From: Blasia pusilla
Taxonomy: Eukaryota
Length of the DNA stretch: 64,000 nucleotides
Reading direction: 5' to 3'
Assembly (NCBI GenBank): GCA_050084515.1
Contig: CM114271.1
Span: 20,088,001-20,152,000 of the forward strand
Positions 26,820 to 40,031 of the stretch are shown here, in pieces. The translations under genes were made by a program, and so were the position numbers. The notes beneath the pieces were generated by a model. That model searched no databases and was not told the origin of the DNA. It saw only the letters and a list, made by a program, of their open reading frames with translations. Position 1 is the stretch's first letter. Each line of letters starts with the position of its first letter.

Positions 26820-28492
26820 ATCCTATCTGGTCCCCCTGTGTTGCAAGTACCTCGGAAAGCTAGATTGGTTCCTCCTCAAAACGCAGTAATTGCGTGCTAA
26901 CGCGCCACTCTTCGACGACGTGACTTCTGCCCAACACAAGCCCTTTCGACTCTTCCACTACTGTCCAACCTTGCATTTCGTTAGACTTCCACTTTACCGA
27001 TGCCAGTGCAAGAGGCGTCCAATTTCACCACCCAGATACACACAGGAACGCAACAAGGGTGCTTCAACTGGAGATGGGTCCCGCATTGTGAAATATGCTG
27101 CGCTTCTCATGTCCTTGGAAAGACTCTACAAATACCACCACCGGCATTGCTTCTCTCAATCATGATCGAATGCCAACAGGGATAACGAAGCAAAAATCCG
27201 CACATGCGATTGCACGAAACGAATTAGCTCATCGGCAGCAGAAGGCCAGAAGGCCTACCCCGCTGCGAGCACAGCATGTGCGCGGCGAAACTTGAGACAC
27301 GCACGAAAGGCAACGAATCCTACGACACAAGCAACTCCCATGAGATCTGCGTCCCCGGGCTGCAGACCTTCATTTCTATATCTACCACCCCAACACGGAC
27401 ACCGCCCTCCTCTTTCACTTGAAGGGCGAACAGAAACACTTCCCAGAACCTCGGACAACCGAAGAAATTGACCACACGACAAAGTCGCAGTTCTCCCGCG
27501 TCCTCACTACGTGACCTTACTGGGGAACGAATGCCTCAAGAGAGTGCAGGCGATAGCGTGCAGAAGAGGGACGGACGAATCGTGATAGACTCGGGGTGCA
27601 TGGAGTGCAACAAGATGTACGCAAAGAAAGGATGCTGCTGCTACGACAACACCACCACCTCCCTCTCCTAAGCAGGCGTCAGCTCGCTGAAGCTTCTTCA
27701 CCCAAAAAAACCAAAACCGCAGCGTAGCCAACTCTCTCGCCTTACGAATCAATGCCCTTCAGGTAGCTCTCTCACCGATTGCCCTCAAGCACACATCCTT
27801 TTCAGCTTCCGCTGCATCCTTCTCCTCTTCCTCCTCCTCTCTCTATCTCTCCTCACCTTCTCCAAACAATAAATCAGTTCATTCATTCAATCATCCATCC
27901 ATCCATCCATCAATCCATTCATTCATTCATTCATCGGGCCATTCATTCTTTCATTCTCCTGGCTTTCTGTCCGTATCCTCTCCTCCCTCCCTCTCACGAC
28001 AAAGCTGCGCCGGCAGCAAGCGATCTCTCCGAGCTGAGCTCCAATACTAGATCGCCCATTCCGATTTCTACAAATCTCCTTGACACGGATCCTGCTCTCG
28101 GGGCCTTTTCCTACGCTACATGACCTCCACCCGCGTTCTAATCAGACGGCTCTAGTCCTCGCGCAATTCATACATTCATTCCAGGGACAGTGCCGGCGGG
28201 GGGGGGGTGGGGGCGCGCGCTACGAAGAGTTCCGGAGGTCTCAAGGGCAGATGCTGGCGATGGAGGCGCAGGCGCGAGCGCGCGCGCGAGAGAGAGAGAA
28301 TGTGAGAGAGGGCCCCGGGGGGGAGGCGCCAGTGGAGACCGCGAGAGAGAGAGAGGAAAAAAGGAGGCGTGAGGAGAGAAGAAGAAGAAAAAGAGGAGGA
28401 GCGGGAGGACGAGGAGGAAAACAAGGGAAGGATCTTGGAAGACAGACCACAACGGCGGGGAACGTTCTCACAGCAGAGAAGGAGGGGGTGTA

Positions 28493-28537
28493 ACGTGGCA
28501 GGGCGTGTCATGACGTGGCGATCCAGCAAGGCGTGGC
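28493..28537. promoter_or_regulatory. ABRE/G-box-like cluster upstream of the membrane-protein gene
   Basis: ACGTGGC at 28493 and 28513, GCGTGTC at 28503, GCGTGGC at 28531, just upstream of a CT-rich (minus strand) leader. Confidence 0.6.
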
Positions 28538-30788
28538 GTCATCGAGTGACGGGGCATGATGTGAGGCCTCATAGGGAGGCAGGCAGGCGGAGAGAGAGAG
28601 AGGGAGGCAGGGCCGCAGGGGTGTCCCTAACCTTAGCGTTAACCTCACTCAGGTTAACCCCACTCACTCGAGGAGTACGATACTTCTTCGGCACCGAACG
28701 GGTCGCCTCAGCCCCGCCACGCCCCCCGTAGGCTTCTGCACGCCCGGAACGGCCCACCGCATCCCGTCATCTCGGCGGCGAGCGCTTTTCCGAATCCAAC
28801 AAGCGTGGACGGAGAATATGCCGACCCGCATCAACCCCGTCTCTAAATATGGCCGCGGCCAAAATAGCTACTTACCTTTGAGGGGATGGGAGCCACATTT
28901 TCCATCCGCATTGGACGGCACTTCGCACGACCAGGACCTCGCCGGGTTCAGGGACGGTCGCATGCCGGGAAAGGGGGATGGAGGCCGAGGACCTTCGTCC
29001 CTTGGCCGAGTCGTTAGCGTCCCACACAAACCGCACTTCTTACGTACCACGGTACTAGCATCCTGAGAAGAGTCGCCACTTGTTACATAGGAACTGGTCT
29101 TCGCTGACTCCGCGAATCTCAAGTCTATCTCTGGCTCAAAACTAAAGACTTTCCCTTTTTTTTTACCTTCACCCGAATTAGTTATACTCGTCATGCACCT
29201 TCCCGACCCGAAGGTGGGGATAATAGACTATTCTTTCTTCCAAAATATTCATGTTGGGAATATTAAAGTATGGTATTCAAAATAATGGTGGCTAGCGAGG
29301 GGCCTAGCGATCTAGCATACCCTCTACTTTTTAGAGGTTCCATGGCCATGGAGAGAGATTTGTGATCTATTTTTATTTATTCGACTTTATTAGTCACTTT
29401 TCTTGTGCGCGAGTGTTTTCTCGAACCGGCACCAAGAAAGTTATGGGGTGTGACATTTTCTTTGGAAGGGAGACAAGAAAGAAAGAAAAGAAAAAAAAAA
29501 AAAAAAAAAAACTTAAAACTTATGGAAGCTTGTGAAGGATTTTTATTGGATAGTATGAGTTCTCTTTTGTTGTTTGAGGAGGGCTTTACTTACATGGAAC
29601 AAAGAAAGCTGTGGGTGTGTGTGAGAGAGATATTTCCTGTCTTTGTTGTGGAGGCATGTGACCTATTTTTATTCACTGGACTATATGACTTCTCTTTTGT
29701 TTGGAGAGTGTTTTATCCTGAGTGCATATGAGATTTTCTTGTCTCTATTGTGAAAGCTTATGGCCTACTTTTCTTCGGAGTCACGAGTTCTCTCGTGCTG
29801 GCAAAAACATCTTTTCAAGACATCTATACTTCTAGTACAAACATAATCGTCCAATGCACAATGAAATGTCACTTCAGATCTCGAGAAATTATCGTGTCCT
29901 ACAATGGAAACAATATGCATCAATATTATCACATTTTAAAAGGCTTTGATTAAGAGAACACTTTTTTTTCCTCTTCTATGAAGACTCAAATGGATATAAT
30001 GGTATAGATTAAGACAACATGGATCTTCTTCCAATGATAGAAAAGCGTATATTTCCCCTTTGGTAGAAGCCTTCTACAATCAAACAATGTTTTTTTTTCT
30101 TCTCTTTCGAATATATTTTTTAAGTGATATCCTAAATATCAAAAAATTTAAATTTATTCAAAATTGATTTGTCATATATGTGCACAATATATGGGTATGT
30201 ATATACTACCAGAACCAAAGAAAGTTGTGGGTAAACATGACATTTTCTTTTCTCCATTATATAGAATTGTGATCTTATTTCACCTCATACCATGATTTAT
30301 TTTTCGTTTGCAACGAGCAAATGTACTTTTTGTGTAAGTTACATGCATATAACTCACTCGCAATCACTTAAATCACGACCAACTTCTAGTTGACTTACAT
30401 AGGCCACTTGAAATGAGGTTGTCCCACCTAAGGCAATGTGATGGCTGACTTAAGCATCTCTCGAATTCCTTATGTCGTTATCTTTTCTTGACATTCCACC
30501 TTGAAATGCAATATATATTCAATTTTTGTCATCTCATGATCCAAAATATATGGGTATTCATCTTTGGACTAATCATTGGAGGTTTTTTCCACCATGGGGT
30601 CCAACATTTTCTACTTGGATAAGTTTAGGAGATATCAACAGCACAACATATTGAACTTTAGAAAATCACAATCCCTCTTGGTTAACATAATAAACATCTC
30701 AGTGAAACTCACACACCCTAATACAAAACATACCTATCCTTAACACAACACAGTTATAATGTGAGATTAAGAAAGGCAAAATAAGTTA

Positions 30789-31700
30789 TGTCGTGCGCAT
30801 ACACATCGATACACAAGCCATGTCGTTGGTCACATCTATATCGCACAACATCCATCTTCCCAACACACGGGTCGATCCACTCATAAAAAACTATCCTCAC
30901 GCATATACATCGAGACAATACAACAAAATCAGAGTAAGAATGACTCACTCGGCCAAATCCACTCTCGAATCTATATCGGCATATTGAGCCACATCCACTC
31001 TTCGTTATGAAGGAATCCGGAAGTTACCATCCTAGTTCCTACAGACACACACAAGCAAGAGAGATGCTCCTTAGCCCCAACATGAGAAAGGTGGCTTGGG
31101 AATGCCATCTCTATCTCTCTTATTGCCTTGGAAAGAGCCAAAAAGCTCTTCCCCCAAAATTAGCCTCCAAACCGTAATCTCCATGCATAGGCAACCGGAT
31201 GATTGTTGACTCGATCAACATGTCACCTTGTTAGAAATAGCAAAGAAGGAGAATCTTTAGAGACATCGCTCTTGATGCAATGGACCTCTTGTCAACCTCA
31301 TCCCATATCTCATGTCAAAGTTACGTCCAAACCGCGTGTTGGCACTCTATGTCATCGACACGGTACAACTCTATCTTTTGACTAACTAAGATGTGAAAAA
31401 TGTCGTGCGCATACATATTGCCACACAATCCATATCGCTGGTCATATCTACACCATAAAAACCTGATCTTTCCGACACACGGATCGATCCACTCATAAAC
31501 AAAATATACTCACACATATATATCGAGACCACACAACCACCCCCCACCTGGCAGTTGGGTCCTCCTAACTCCAGATAGCAGACATGATCTACTACTCTAT
31601 ACACTTCTAGCACATGCTTGTTCGCGGATCTATCTCATCTATCTCCACCAAGAGATATCAATATATCCGTATGTTGTCCTGCAACACTACATCTAACCTT
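30789..31700 (-). mobile_element. 3' end of a PHD-gypsy-family element (PPT, a-b-a terminus)
   Basis: GCTATCTGGAGTTAG motif and PPT at ~31537-31549 on the minus strand. Segment a at 31401-31535 is repeated at 30789-30922. Confidence 0.75.
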
Positions 31701-33448
31701 TGTATTTAATCCCTCCAAAGGGATCTAACACTCTCGTACCCTCCTCTAGATGTTGCCAAAAAATATGCATGGTATCCAAGTATTTAAAGTCTCCATTCCA
31801 ATAGCACAATCTTCATCTGACTCTGAGTGCTCCAAGACAAATGCACAACTCCATGCCTACCTCATGAGCTCATCTGCACTCCTTTGCAACTCAATGCTCC
31901 TAGGTGAAAATTGTGAAGATATCTCAACAATATGGTAAGAGACATCCATTATGGAATGTCTTTCCATTGGACTATTTGCTATCGTATGAGGAGGGGAAGA
32001 TCAAGCATAAAATATGGCTTGAGCAAGGTCAAATATTCAAATTTTAGATGATACAACCACATGTTAAGTTTTGTTCTATTTCGTATAAAATCTAGATCAT
32101 AGTGATACTATTAAGGGGTAATTTGATTTATGTCAAATATATTGATTGTATTTGTAATCAAGGTTTTTTGTCAATGCGTAAAGTTTTGCTACAGAGATTA
32201 TGTTTAGTTTAATAGCTCTTTTAATGAAGATTGTTCACAAGTACTACAAGGAAAACTAAAGGAGGAAATATCAACCATCCAAGTTAAAACACGAGATTTA
32301 GTGGACCTCACTAAAAATCAAGTTTCACTCAATTGAGTTCACTGATAAAAAAATCCTTTGTTGGTTCCTCGATCATTAGATAGGTCCATTAAAACATTAG
32401 TAGACTAATTTCATTTGGAGTGCTTTCACAAAGAAGCATTGATTCATCACTCTTGATCTGCCCCTTCTTGTTTGTTGCATAGTGTTATTCTAGAGTTACC
32501 ATTTAATTGGTAAAAGTAGAAAAAAATGGAATGCAAATGTCAATGATGTTAAATCACATATTAAGAAACAACACCAAATACTATGGATCCTTATTAAGAT
32601 GGCATCCAAACACCTCACATGTATGGTAGAATATTCAAATTATATGATGTGAAAATTACGAGGTCCTATATGATTAATTAAATATCCACAACAATGATTC
32701 TATTATCAATGATATCAAATTTCATCCCTATTTGCAAGGGGTGTGAGTGGAGCACACCTTTGAATTTCATCATAGATTTTGTCCAGAAGAACTAAGACCT
32801 CGTGACACAAGATGTAGATATGTCAATATTTTGTTTTGGGATCTTATGAACTTTTGGTTTAGAAACCTAGTCTTGCTAATAGTTTTATAATTTTTTGGTT
32901 GTAAAAAGATAGGATGGGAATGAGTTGAGAGCCTAAAAAAGATTTTTTTGTAATATAAGTCCAACACAAGAAACTTAACTCCTTCTCCTATTTTACTTTC
33001 GAAAATAGTTTGCCTTTCCCATATGGAAGTTCTTTACTTGGCCATCATAGAGTCCAAGAGCCCTTTCAATACTAGGGCTCTTTGGCCCTCTAATATTTCT
33101 TCAATATGTTTTACAATTAACACTCGCTCATTACTCTAATATTCCTTTCACATCATTCGGTTATGGAAAAACTCCAAATTCAATGTTCCCCTACTTCTTG
33201 AAGCACTCCTTGGAATTAGAATCTTAAATACCGCAATAATTGTTGGAAACAACCCGTGAATGACCTTGATTGTGTATATTTCCTCTATATTTGAAGTTTC
33301 CCCCTTCTCTTCTAAATTTGTTCTTTTTTCAATATTTTTGTGGTTGATATGGAAATCCTCGTTATATTGGTGTTGATATCGGGAGAGAATATTACATCAT
33401 AAATTTTGGTTTCATTGACCATAATTGATACCTCGCCTAACCTACAAA

Positions 33449-33529
33449 GTGTTTCTTCTTGCACTCACTCAGAATATGCAAAAAGAGTTTCTTCTTGCAC
33501 ATTCTGAGTGAGTGCAAGAAGAAACACTG
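33449..33529. repeat. Near-perfect 39-bp-arm inverted repeat with a 3-nt loop
   Basis: AGTGTTTCTTCTTGCACTCACTCAGAAT and its exact reverse complement, plus an 11-bp inner stem with 2 mismatches. Confidence 0.95.
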
Positions 33530-36025
33530 AGTTACAATCTCATCTTTATGTTGGTTAAAAATGAGATCAATTCTTGAAATATCGAGAATACATCCCTAAA
33601 AGAGATGGATGATTTAAAACTACTATACGCCTTTCATAATCCTTGGAGTATGATGATAATAAGATTGTCATAATTTATGACCTCTCCAATACTCCCTGAT
33701 TGATTAGAGATAGTTATAGTACTAAGGACGTAGTAAACTATTTTGAGGCCCTTTTATAACCTCTTTCGACTCTTGCTTCAACTATAACTTCCTAGTTTTA
33801 GTGGTGACTCCAATACATTAGCTCATGCATCACGCACTTCATTGCACTTTTATTCATCTTAAAGATATTTTATCACAGATGATACATTGCTCATAATTGA
33901 TATGCAATGGATTGCCTATCTTATCCTCCTGCACCACTCTTTAACCTTTGGGCCTTTGGAGTATTTTATACGCTAAAGTTTTCCGCATGTGATCAAATTT
34001 CCCAGATATCTGACCCATGAATGAATTGTAAATCTTGAATTCCATGCAAAATCCAATTTGCTCTTACATTATAACTGATTTTGAGCATATACTAGCATTG
34101 GGGTGTAGCATCATAGTGATCCAAATTTTATATATTTTATTTTGTCCCTTAGGGATTGAAATCCAACTCGGGAAGAGAAAGACTACTACTTGCATAAGTG
34201 ATTCATATATGAAAATTTTGCGACGGATTATGGGGATGAAACGATTGAAATCATATGCTCCCATCGAACTGATGTAAGAATATTTTCAACAATATCACTT
34301 TGGAAAGGTTTTATGGTAGAGAAGATACCTTCCTAGTTCATGTCCATACTGATATCCCATTAGGACAATAATTCAATGAGTGGATGTGTGACTCAAATTT
34401 CCATTAACTTCAATATGTTGTGATTAACTGCAAAGTAATTACGACCTCTCATATTGATATTAAGAAGTAGTATGGTAATAACTCCAATACAATTTTATTT
34501 TTTTTAAAGATGGTATCCTAAATTTTGGTAAATCTAGAGTCCAATTCTCAACATGTGTATGTGATAAAAAAAAGTCCGGACTTAGGCACGGATCACACCA
34601 TAAGTATCATAAACGCACCTTCCCGCTTACTTTAGTGTATACCATTACAGGTCACAAGAGATAAGGGCCAACTGTTTGTACAAGCTGCTTAATTGTTATA
34701 AAAGATGGAGTTGTGCCTAAACTTGTTTGTGTTATGTTATCAAGAATTAAAGTGAGATCTAAGATTGATCAGTGTAAGTTGTGGGTTGCTTCCTTTCGAG
34801 AAATCAAGAAGCAACCCCTTGCCATTAATAAGTATTCTACCATTTATGCCCATTTCTACAAATGGGTACAAGTATTTCTTGTTAATTTATAGTTTTTGTA
34901 AAGGTACAATTTATACTTTTGTGGAATGTATTTATTTATGTATGTGACCTCGCTTTGTTATGTTGCAAGAATTATAAAAAAAAAGGATGGCCTTAAAGGG
35001 GTTTAGTTCAATGAAAACAAATTTACACGCCCCGAAGCATCCAAATACTATACACAATTCACATCAAGCATAAAATTAGAGTAATTCCAAATATTCAGGC
35101 TTCGTATGCGCCAATCAATAGCCATGCTTCTAAGATTAACGTTTGCTAAGGCAAAACACTTACTTCCATATATGAAAGTGACACAAGGTGTTGAGACTAT
35201 TTTTGAAATGGCAACGCCAATTCAATTAGTCAAAGGTGATAAGAGTTTGGCAGAGGGTCATAGGGTGGTACATGTGGTCTCACCATCTCGCCACAAAACT
35301 AGTTTATGAATAGTCAATAACAACATGGGATACGAATCGCCAATACTTCATGAATTACAAAACTAGCAAAAATGCACATTTTACAAATTTGGGATCCCTA
35401 GGGAGATGATATGCACTTTGGGAGACTCATAACCAATTAAGAGGGCCACCCGGTAGGCTTCAGGTCGTGATGACCCTAGAAGATCGTTTGAATTTTCTAC
35501 ACCCAAATCTATTTTGCGCAAAAAATGACCAACATCTTAACAACCTCGAATAGTGAAAATCTTGATGGTCCACCATATTTCCTTCATTAATATGTTGTAC
35601 TCATTTTCTCACTACAACATGGTCTTGCCTCGAGCGGTCGTTCATGAGATGGGACCCCAATAATTATTTATCTCCCACGAGCAATCTAAGACCGTCATGT
35701 CCGCACAACGATTCCAAAAAGGAAACCCATATATCAAATAATGAGTAATTACGGCCCACATGTTCTCATTGTTTTTTTTCCTAACCATTTAGAGTATCCA
35801 CGCGTCCTCCACACATACGTATTAATTATTTTCTTTTCTCATTACCCGTCTCAAAAGAAAGGGCCACATACTAGTTACAAATAAGATTAGACTAGTTACC
35901 AAATAAGATTAATACAAAATAGAAATTCGGAAATTTGATTTTCGTGCTCACTCCCATTTTATTTGGGTGTGGAAATCCTCACCCCTGGATTCGTTTGTGT
36001 GTGGCCATGGGAGGTAGGCCTCACC

Positions 36026-36580
36026 CTAAAGCGAGGAACACCAAAGATGCGGTCGGTCCTTGGGGAGCATGACGGGGCCTGCACCTGCCGGGGTTCCTCC
36101 GCCGGCCTCTTCCCGGCCACCTCGGGGCCGCTGATGAAGCTCCCGTCGCATCAAATGCAGGTCGCCTTCCGACCAGTACACCGAGCTCGGTCGCTCTGCC
36201 GTAGTGGTCGGACGTAGCTCCGTCCGACGTTTTCCAATAGACCGGTGGATCGTGTCATGAGTCAGCCGGTCCCGTCTTTCCCTTACCAGCATGTGCGGCG
36301 TTGGATTGGATCTCAAATCCGCTACCACTAGATACCTCATATCTTCTGCTGCAGTGCGCGGATAGGCATTTTTCTCCGAGGAAGGCTTTTCCAATACTCG
36401 CCACGTGTAAGCGTACTGGAGTAAGATCGCGTTGAAAGCCGTATGTGGTTTACGGAACCATTCGGACATCAATAAATTTGCACTGTCCGAATAAGAACTA
36501 GAGTAAGGTGTATGTTGGATAAGAGTTTCCGTCAGCTGGCTTGGGGTATTTTTCCAAAAGCCAACAATAGGGGTTGTCAT
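36026..36580 (-). CDS. Intronless orphan ORF, 184 aa, unknown function
   Basis: Uninterrupted ATG-started ORF in a CpG-rich island within AT-rich decayed DNA. No domain recognised. Confidence 0.35.
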   Translation of the reverse strand: MTTPIVGFWKNTPSQLTETLIQHTPYSSSYSDSANLLMSEWFRKPHTAFNAILLQYAYTWRVLEKPSSEKNAYPRTAAEDMRYLVVADLRSNPTPHMLVRERRDRLTHDTIHRSIGKRRTELRPTTTAERPSSVYWSEGDLHLMRRELHQRPRGGREEAGGGTPAGAGPVMLPKDRPHLWCSSL

Positions 36581-36610
36581 AGTAGCACACCAGTGTGCGG
36601 CCCTACGAGA

Positions 36611-36767
36611 GGGAGGGGGCAGGGAATTAGTTATTGAGTTTGTTTGAAGGACCCTTGGATAGGTTAGATGATGAGAAAAACAATGAGTGGGAGGGGGCAG
36701 GGAATTAATTATTTAGTTCGTTTGAAGGACACATTGATAGGTTAGACGATGAGAAAAACAACGAGAG
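36611..36767. repeat. Tandem duplication, ~78-bp unit x2, directly upstream of the orphan ORF
   Basis: GGGAGGGGGCAGGGAATTA...GATAGGTTAGAYGATGAGAAAAACAA occurs twice. Confidence 0.9.
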
Positions 36768-37286
36768 TGTATGTAAGGTCATAATATTTCCCATGTATAT
36801 ATAATTTTGAATATTTTGTATTAAGTATACAATTAAATTTGAATGATCTTAGTGATTTAAATAATGAAAAATTAGCTTGGTTAAAAATTAAATGGTCAAA
36901 ATAAGAGGTGATCTCAAAATGACGAGGCATTTTCCAATAATAATATACGTTATGTTCATTAGTAGTCTATGCTTGTGTGGTGGATGGGATTAAAATTGCT
37001 GGATGATTTCGATGTGCCATCGAAATTATCTTTAGTTGAACAATTTAGTTTTTAAAGTTAAATTTGATCAATCTTATTAATTGAGAGAGTGAATGATTCT
37101 ATTGATTGAGAGAGTGAATGATTCGATGTCAACATTCTAGAATGATAATCTGAATTTTCCCCAAAAAAATCATTTTTCTGAAAATTCTAAGCATGAATAA
37201 AGATAATATAAAAGAGTGTCCTTAAAGGATTCAAACGAGGTTTTCTATGGGGAAAAACCTCCCTCCACGTGTACGAGGGTATAATA

Positions 37287-37576
37287 GGGGGTGTCCTTTT
37301 ACCGGCTATCCGAGGTTTTAGGTTTCCCGGAACTCTCTATCCGGGGACTCGCCGGATCCCAAACAGGTAGCTCTCGAGCTACCCGCTTTGGCACTCCCGG
37401 GAGTGTCTTTCTTCTTCGCTTTGATTTCTTTCCGGGTACCCCCATGGAATTGGGTGAAGGATGGGTTTAAAGCAGGATGTTGAAAAGCTCCCGCTCTTAC
37501 GGAAGTAGCCGGATGGATTTTCGGGCCGACTCCCCGAATCCGGGCGATTCTGGATAGCCGGTGAAATGACACCCCC
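37287..37576. mobile_element. MITE (~290 bp), Tourist/PIF-like TIRs
   Basis: Left GGGGGTGTCCTTTTACCGGCTATCC and right GGATAGCCGGTGAAATGACACCCCC form ~25-bp TIRs with 2 mismatches, flanked by TA on both sides. No coding capacity. Confidence 0.85.
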
Positions 37577-38815
37577 TAATGAAATGCATTTAGGAAGTTT
37601 TTAAAAAATTCATAAATGTATTGGAATCTTCGATTGGAACGAAACCATATATATTCTTCTTTCAAAAAATTATCAAACGGACATTCTAAAAACTCTTAAC
37701 AAGTGGTCATCCCAAATACAATTCCATATTTTCACTTCTAAATCTAACATGGTATCTAAGTCTCCATCAGCTTGCCCTCTAACTCAGCGGCGTCTCCAGC
37801 AAAACGGAGGGGAAAAAAGCAGATGCTCCGAAAGCTCCGTCCATGGAACCAAGCAACTCCAACATGGATGGATGCATCACACTCGTGACAGCTGTGGCAG
37901 GAACCGCGACGGCTGCTAGAGGTACTGCGTTGCGTATGTACGATGCTTTACAACTTACACCTGACCACGGTAAGTGCAACCAGGTCACGGTTTGCTCGGG
38001 CTACGACCCCAAGTTCTCTCCATGCAAAACGGGCGTGATTAGCAAGTACGGTATCCTACCACTGATATACCTGACCTCGGTTATTAAGTCCGTGCGTCCT
38101 GCTAATCGTCTGCGAGACTGCGAGCATTCCGCCTGGCAGATCCCCCGGGTCCTTCCGTAGGTACAGCTGAGCGAAGGACTGCGATAATAAACTAGGGGAC
38201 GTACAGTTCAATTGGGACAGGTGACCTACTACAGTAATCGGATGTGGGAAGGCTGAGGTCTTCACGTAACTGGACTGAGAGAGCCTTTTACTTTTCCTAA
38301 ATGAGATGGTCCATATGACTCCCGATATTGTGGAGTCGGTTTTCTCTAAAAACAAATTTCCGAATGTAGAGCGCTTCACTCTGACGGGTGTAAGAGTTTT
38401 ATATTTATATTTATTTCAGTCGTAAAATGGATAATGGAATAAATTTAGTCAGTCAATTATTATCCCTCCCACATTTTAATATGTTTCCTCATTTGGGCCG
38501 TCATAAATGTAATCAAGACTAAATGCGTGCACTATGGCATACGAGTTTCATGTTTGTGATCTCTTGTTCCATTTTTCTGTGCAATCTTTTTAATGGCGCG
38601 TAAGTTTTGAAAATAAAATACTCATTGGGGTGATGGTACGTGAGATATTTAAAATTCCAAGTTTTCTTTTTTTAAATCGTTTCCAGAAAGAAAACAGTTC
38701 ATATCTCTTATTTTGAGGATTCTATCTTGGTTTTTTTTCATTGTGGATATTCCTTTCTAATTATGTATCCTTACTATTTTCCCTTATAAAATGGGGGATT
38801 TTATAGTCACAAATA

Positions 38816-38978
38816 TTAGTTAGGCCGCTAAAGGGCTTGCAATGCTCGGCCCATCCCTTCATTCATAATTTCATTCTCTTTACCAATTTTCAGACCTTAC
38901 TACGGTGCCAAAAAGTATTTTGAGAGAATTTTAGTGACATGTGTCAAGCAGAAAATTGCATCTTCCAGTTAATATAAA
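38816..38978 (-). mobile_element. Diverged non-autonomous mini-Helitron copy
   Basis: TAGTTAGGCCG...AAATTGCATCTTCCAGTTAATATA is similar to 51848-52030 and 52034-52264. Confidence 0.55.
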
Positions 38979-39365
38979 TATTTTTCTTAATATACTATAC
39001 GTTAGAGTTGGTAAAAACAGAAATTCTCTTCTCATCCTTTATTTTCTAGTCCTCTTACTTTTAAACTTTATTTCTCTTCACCTAGTCTATGGGGTCGCCT
39101 TTTTCTTTTCATTTGGAAACATTCCACTCCTGTCACCCTATTGGAAGACAAATTCCCCTTGGTTTTTTTTAGGAGTGGAGAATGAACATAAAGATTTTAT
39201 GAAAATGGAAAATAAGATGTTCAAAAATTGGAGAAGATAAAAGAAAAATTTCGTTCTAAAGAGGAAAATCAATAAGAGAAAACTTGAACATTAGTGGCTT
39301 TCATGTAGTATTTAGCGTCCCCATAATAACTACATTTTCTCATAAGGGAGAGTCAATGAGTGAGT

Positions 39366-39804
39366 GTGTCACACGTATTTTAGGATAGATCAATGAGATC
39401 TAGTGGAGAGCCTTCACATGTACTGCACGACAACCTCAAGAGCTCGATGATGACTTGTTGAGGCCATGGGTAACTTGAGATAGCAAGTTTCCCTTTCATC
39501 TCGGTTCATTTGGATTCATATAGATAACTTAATATTTTAGGTATATTTTCATATTGAGTATAATTGAATATCCACTTTGGGAAATCGCCCTTGACCCGCT
39601 ACACCATGTCAAGAGCCAAGGAGGTGACCTGCAAGCATAGGTTACCATGGAGAGAGCTTCAGAAAGGGAAGGGACTATACCTCCAAGAGAGAGCTTGAGA
39701 GCTCATTCTCTCTTTGTTGAACCCCTTGGCATGGGGCGGCGGAGGTATGGTCCTCCTTGCCTTGGTTGTGTAACCCAAGCCTCTCATTAAGAGAGTGGGT
39801 TTGG

Positions 39805-39853
<49 letters not shown>

Positions 39854-40031
39854 GAGTTATTCACATTGATGAGACCTTATTGATGGAGAGATCTACTTGA
39901 TTTATTTTAAATATTTTGGTACTTCTCGTATTTTTGTGTGGATTCCAAGAATTAACATGAGATCATGTGTGTTTGTATGTGCATTCGATGACAACGATGT
40001 ATGTTATATAGCGATATGTATGCGCACAATA
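39366..40031 (+). mobile_element. Solo LTR (b+a) of the PHD-gypsy family, with (GA)n at ~39807-39856
   Basis: Starts TGTCACACG and ends GCGCACAATA. Colinear with 56726-57370 (-). No clear TSD. Confidence 0.85.
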
